The notes under the pieces were generated by a model that was given only the letters and a program-made list of their open reading frames with translations, searched no databases and was not told where the DNA came from. DNA of 64,000 bases from an uncultured Porphyromonas sp. (GTDB lineage: Bacteria; Bacteroidota; Bacteroidia; Bacteroidales; Porphyromonadaceae): assembly GCF_900541275.1 (NCBI RefSeq), contig NZ_UQJH01000003.1, positions 47,955 through 111,954 on the forward strand. The letters are read 5' to 3'. Positions 60,260-64,000 of the stretch are shown here, piece by piece (within the stretch, counting starts at the first letter, position 1; each line of letters begins with the position of its first letter). The position numbers and the translations under genes were made by a program.

Positions 60260-61297
60260 TCAGAGGAAGCGACCCTTACTCAGATCATCTTCCGGCGCCT
60301 TGGCAGAGAAGCGCAGAAGATCCTCCAGTGCCTCCTGCTCCGTGATGCCGGCAGCGTCACTCAGCTTCTTCACGAGGAGCTTCTCCTCAGGTCTTAGCTT
60401 GGAGAGGTCGTGAGTATCCGTCTCGATATACTCCCCGGTATTGGCAAAGACGATGAAGGGGATCCCCTTCAGATTAACATCCACCACATCTGTAGCTCGC
60501 TGCTTGCGCGTCATCCCGTAGAAGGGCGAAGGACGACCACCCTCACCGCTAAACTTGCTGGATCTCGCATGGAGGAGTGTCAGCTGTAGCTCGAAGCGGC
60601 TCTCTGTCACAGGAAACTCCATAAAGCCCTTCAGCCCGATCGGATTGGAGATCCCGGTGTACTTTGCCCCGTCGTTTAGTGTCTTATCCCAAGGGTCAGT
60701 GTCGAAGTAGTAGTAATACATATAGCGATAATCACCGTCGGCAAACTTCATATCAGGGTCACCAAACTTTGTGGGACGAATGTTGCGGGCGGTGAAGAAG
60801 AACTGGTGCCTCTTGTCCTCACCATTGGTGGCAAATTGCCCCGTAATCTCCTTCCCCTCCTTGTCGTACATCTTGATGATGAGACCACACTGGCGATCAG
60901 AGAGGCCGGCATCCCTACTGGCGTAGAAGGACTGGTCCGTCCAGTCTCTCTTCGCCGGATCAATGATCGTAGAGAGGTCAGGAGACTTTACGCCCTCCTT
61001 ACCACCATAGACGATGAAGCGGGCAACACCCTTCGGAGATATCTTCCACCCCTCACCGGGGACCTCCTCGAGGATCATCACCTGCTCGCTTGGAGTATAC
61101 TTCACTCCCTCTCTATGTCCGGTAGCGTGCACCTTATTGCCGTGGAAGTGGCAGTCAAAGAGGATCAGCTCGATCTTCTTCGGGTCATCGTGGTTCTTAT
61201 TCTGTACCTCGTCGACCGGAGTACTGGGCTTGCAGGCTGCGAGACCAAGGGTCAGGAGTAGCAGGGCTATGAGCGTAGTGTAGATAGTTTTCTTCAT
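60260..61297 (-). CDS. Hypothetical lipoprotein encoded downstream of a TonB-dependent receptor (possible ligand-binding accessory protein)
   Basis: Lipobox (LGLAAC), a His-rich N-terminal region (DCHFHGNKVHATGHREG) and no recognisable enzymatic motif. It follows the receptor gene after a 4-bp gap. Confidence 0.5.
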   Translation of the reverse strand: MKKTIYTTLIALLLLTLGLAACKPSTPVDEVQNKNHDDPKKIELILFDCHFHGNKVHATGHREGVKYTPSEQVMILEEVPGEGWKISPKGVARFIVYGGKEGVKSPDLSTIIDPAKRDWTDQSFYASRDAGLSDRQCGLIIKMYDKEGKEITGQFATNGEDKRHQFFFTARNIRPTKFGDPDMKFADGDYRYMYYYYFDTDPWDKTLNDGAKYTGISNPIGLKGFMEFPVTESRFELQLTLLHARSSKFSGEGGRPSPFYGMTRKQRATDVVDVNLKGIPFIVFANTGEYIETDTHDLSKLRPEEKLLVKKLSDAAGITEQEALEDLLRFSAKAPEDDLSKGRFL

Positions 61298-61301
61298 GAT
61301 A

Positions 61302-63596
61302 TTAAAAGTGATAGGTCACGGCCAGTCGCACGTCCCTACCGAGATCGTGCGCATAGTACCGTGAGAGATTGGTGTATTCCTTGTATTCCGTATTCAGCAG
61401 GTTGGAGACGGAGAGCGCGATGCTGAGCGACTGCTCTCCGGTAAGCGGAATCATCGTTCCCGCCTCAAGGCCGAGGAGATGGTAGGCCGGCGGAGCGTAC
61501 GGGATCAGATCCTGCTCGGGATCGAAGCGCCGTTGCTTGGCCACATACTTATGCGACAGCCCGATCGTGGTCTCCCTCCAGAGGGGGAGCTTCACATCAA
61601 GCGTCTGAGTTAGGCGAAATGGAGGGATGAAGGGGAGATACCGCCCGGTGGAGCGCTCGTTACCGAGGACGATACCCCCCAGTACCCGATACGAGATCCG
61701 GTCGGTGACCGACCAGCGGACCTCCGCATCCACCCCGCGGAGAAAGGCGGAGGTACTGCGGTAGCGGAAGAGGGGATAGGAACCGCTGAGGACAGAGAAG
61801 AAGTCTCCCGTCGGAGCCTTGTAGATATACCCGCCGATCCACTGCAGATACCCCTCGACCGATGCTCTAAGGGTGCTTGAGGAGTAGTCGATAGCGGCAA
61901 TCCACTTTAGTGCCCTCTCGCTGCCCATAGTATCGTCCCCCTTGAGATACAGTCCACCGGCAGCGTCCAGTCCCTCGCTCCAGAGCTCCGCCACGTGGGG
62001 CGCCCGCCAAGCGCTGCCGAGCTGCGTCGTCAGAGCGAGGGAGGGGAGGAGGTGATAGTGTGCCGCCGCCATGGCAGTGAGATTGAGATACCGCCGCTCG
62101 CCCCCGTAAGGTCGCGAGTAGAGGTCGATGCCCTCGGCATTGAGGTACAGGGCGTCGATGCGACTGCCCGCCTCGAGAGCCAGCCGCTCGGTCTGGTACT
62201 TCTGCACCCCATAGAGCCCGCCGGAGAGACGGACGTAATTGGGTATCAGAGGGACCACTCCCGTACCGGGCTGACTATAGTTGTTGCTGTAGGTGACCCC
62301 GCTCCCCACCTCGCTCGACCAAGGACCATAGCTTTTTGACCAGGTGAGGTCGCCCTGGGCATTGTCAAGCGTCAGGCTGACGCTCGGGATGGAGGAGCGG
62401 TCCATACGGCGGAAGTGGTACTCCCGCTGACGGTCACGCTGGTAGGCGAGACATAGGGCAAGGGTCCCCAAGCGGTCACTGCGATACTCGCCCCGGAGGC
62501 GGAGGTTGTGATGGATAGATCGGTGGCGGGGAAAGGCTATGGAGCGTGAGAAAGGGGACGTCTCCACCGGTCGCCCAAGCTTGATCCGCTCCCGCAGGAG
62601 ATCCTCGCTGCCAAGCTGCGCACCGAAGTAGATCCCCTCATTGTGGTCGCTCAGGTTGTAGAAGAGCTCCACCAGCCCCCTCTCCCCTCTCCACCCGAGG
62701 CTGAGGTCGAGGTCTCCCGACCGAGCGCCGGTATTATTAAGGAGGTACTTGGCGGTTGAGCGGTCCCCGGCGGTGGCATAGGCGGCCTGGATGCGGTAGG
62801 CGACAGAGGACAAGGGGCTGCCGGCAAGGGCGAAGTCGGCACCGAGGCTACGACCATTGGATCCATACTCTGTGCCTATGCGCCCGGAAGTCTGCTCACC
62901 ATAGGGCAGCAGCGGGCTGTCGATGATGATCACCCCACCGAGGGCATCGCTGCCGTAGCGAACCGACTCCGCCCCCTTGAGGACGGTGATCATGCCAGCA
63001 TGCCCTGCGTGGAGCCGGGTGCCGAAGTCGACATTCCACTGCTGCGCCTCCTGACGCACGCCGTTTCGGATGATCAGGATCCTATTCCCCGAGAGACCGT
63101 GGATCACCGGCACCCCCTCGCCACTGCCGGTACTGATGCTGCTCACCCCCTTGACCATCGTCAGCGCATCGGTCAGGTCTTGTCGGATCGTCCGGTGGAG
63201 GTCGTCGGAGGTGATCACATCCCCCACCATCGTCCGCGCCTTGGGTGTCCGCTGTGCCACCACCTCAACAGCGTCCAGCACTTCGCGAGCGGGACGCATA
63301 TAAATAGTGGTATCCCTCAGACTCTCCACCGGGATTGAGAAGGGCTCATAGCCGACGAAGCTGCCGACGAGCCGATCCCCTCCTTGCCCGGCAACCGTTG
63401 GGACAAGCGCAAGACCGGCGCCATCAGTGAGACAGGTGTGACGACCCAGCCGGAGGATCACGCCCGGCAGGGGCTGTTTGTCCTCAGCATCGAGGACCGT
63501 GACCCGCCACGACTGAGCCGCCGCCGACAGGGTCAGTAGCGTGAGCAGTGTCCCCAAGAGGGTACACCTCACGCCGTCATATGGTATGTGTGTCAT
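61302..63596 (-). CDS. TonB-dependent receptor with N-terminal CarbopepD_reg domain
   Basis: Signal peptide, carboxypeptidase-regulatory-like domain, plug (DALTMVKGVSSISTGSG..PVIHGLSGNRILIIRNGVRQ) and a beta-barrel ending in ...VTYHF. Confidence 0.85.
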   Translation of the reverse strand: MTHIPYDGVRCTLLGTLLTLLTLSAAAQSWRVTVLDAEDKQPLPGVILRLGRHTCLTDGAGLALVPTVAGQGGDRLVGSFVGYEPFSIPVESLRDTTIYMRPAREVLDAVEVVAQRTPKARTMVGDVITSDDLHRTIRQDLTDALTMVKGVSSISTGSGEGVPVIHGLSGNRILIIRNGVRQEAQQWNVDFGTRLHAGHAGMITVLKGAESVRYGSDALGGVIIIDSPLLPYGEQTSGRIGTEYGSNGRSLGADFALAGSPLSSVAYRIQAAYATAGDRSTAKYLLNNTGARSGDLDLSLGWRGERGLVELFYNLSDHNEGIYFGAQLGSEDLLRERIKLGRPVETSPFSRSIAFPRHRSIHHNLRLRGEYRSDRLGTLALCLAYQRDRQREYHFRRMDRSSIPSVSLTLDNAQGDLTWSKSYGPWSSEVGSGVTYSNNYSQPGTGVVPLIPNYVRLSGGLYGVQKYQTERLALEAGSRIDALYLNAEGIDLYSRPYGGERRYLNLTAMAAAHYHLLPSLALTTQLGSAWRAPHVAELWSEGLDAAGGLYLKGDDTMGSERALKWIAAIDYSSSTLRASVEGYLQWIGGYIYKAPTGDFFSVLSGSYPLFRYRSTSAFLRGVDAEVRWSVTDRISYRVLGGIVLGNERSTGRYLPFIPPFRLTQTLDVKLPLWRETTIGLSHKYVAKQRRFDPEQDLIPYAPPAYHLLGLEAGTMIPLTGEQSLSIALSVSNLLNTEYKEYTNLSRYYAHDLGRDVRLAVTYHF

Positions 63597-63659
63597 TTGA
63601 TTTCTCTCTATAGTACAACAGAGCCGACCGCTCAGGAGAGCGACCGACGACAGGCGTTA

Positions 63660-63971
63660 CTATAGAGAGAAGGGAGGGGCACGAAGGGACGGAAGGTCAA
63701 GCGAGACAGAGTGTAGCACCGGAGTCGGAGCCACGGAGAGCTCTACACCGGGCATCCGAGGTCCAGTGACCTCAGGAGTCCCCTCACCCTCGTCAAAAGT
63801 CTCGGAGAGGAAGTGGAGGAAGAGACAGCCGGTGGCACTCGTCGCCGAGGTGTCGCAGAGACCGCTGACGTGATCAACCGACGAGAGGTGGACCGGAAGC
63901 GTCACCGCTACCGAGCCAAAGACAGCCAGCATCACGCCGGCCAGCACCCTTATAAGCTGCTCCCTCTTCAT
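63660..63971 (-). CDS. Small hypothetical secreted protein upstream of TonB-dependent receptor
   Basis: ORF with a signal-peptide-like N-terminus (LIRVLAGVMLAVFGSVAVTL). The composition is GC-biased and there is no homology signal. Confidence 0.3.
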   Translation of the reverse strand: MKREQLIRVLAGVMLAVFGSVAVTLPVHLSSVDHVSGLCDTSATSATGCLFLHFLSETFDEGEGTPEVTGPRMPGVELSVAPTPVLHSVSLDLPSLRAPPFSL

Positions 63972-64000
63972 ATCTTTGGCAAAGGTACGAAAAAAGGTAA

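Overview
This is a 64-kb, gene-dense chromosomal segment from a high-GC Bacteroidota (Bacteroidales-like) genome. That assignment rests on a SusC/SusD (RagA/RagB-like) pair, a GLPGLI-family protein, CarbopepD_reg-type TonB-dependent outer-membrane proteins, and TAnnTTTG-type -7 promoter boxes. About 50 protein genes are mostly housekeeping: ffh, folD, rlmD, rsfS, ftsH, an S41 C-terminal protease, SUI1, an AddA-like helicase-nuclease, rlmN, a MATE pump, an S9 (DPP-IV-like) peptidase, purD, lpxB, surE, FKBP, glyQS, queDE, rubredoxin, holB, a DHOD-like protein, an M48 peptidase, nifJ, a cobU-cobT-cobS-cobC cobalamin nucleotide-loop cluster, a ROK regulator and two TonB-dependent receptor loci. 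Two tandem tRNA-Val(TAC) genes are present. I found no rRNA, CRISPR array, transposase or integrase. The most unusual signal is non-coding. Four long intergenic regions each carry an array of three or four 16-bp palindromes (CTAATACCG[A/G]TATTAG, or the variant CTATTACCGGTAATAG) at an exact 22-bp spacing. All four arrays lie upstream of unrelated plus-strand genes (ffh, ctpA-like, rubredoxin, HU/SPOR-like). Other points are a ~600-bp ORF-free structured region (39.4-40.0 kb), a Y_phosphatase3-like lipoprotein whose catalytic Cys is replaced by Asp, a membrane-tethered HU-like protein with a SPOR-like periplasmic domain, and a palindrome-rich leader upstream of rlmD. Many long antisense ORFs in the supplied track are high-GC artefacts.
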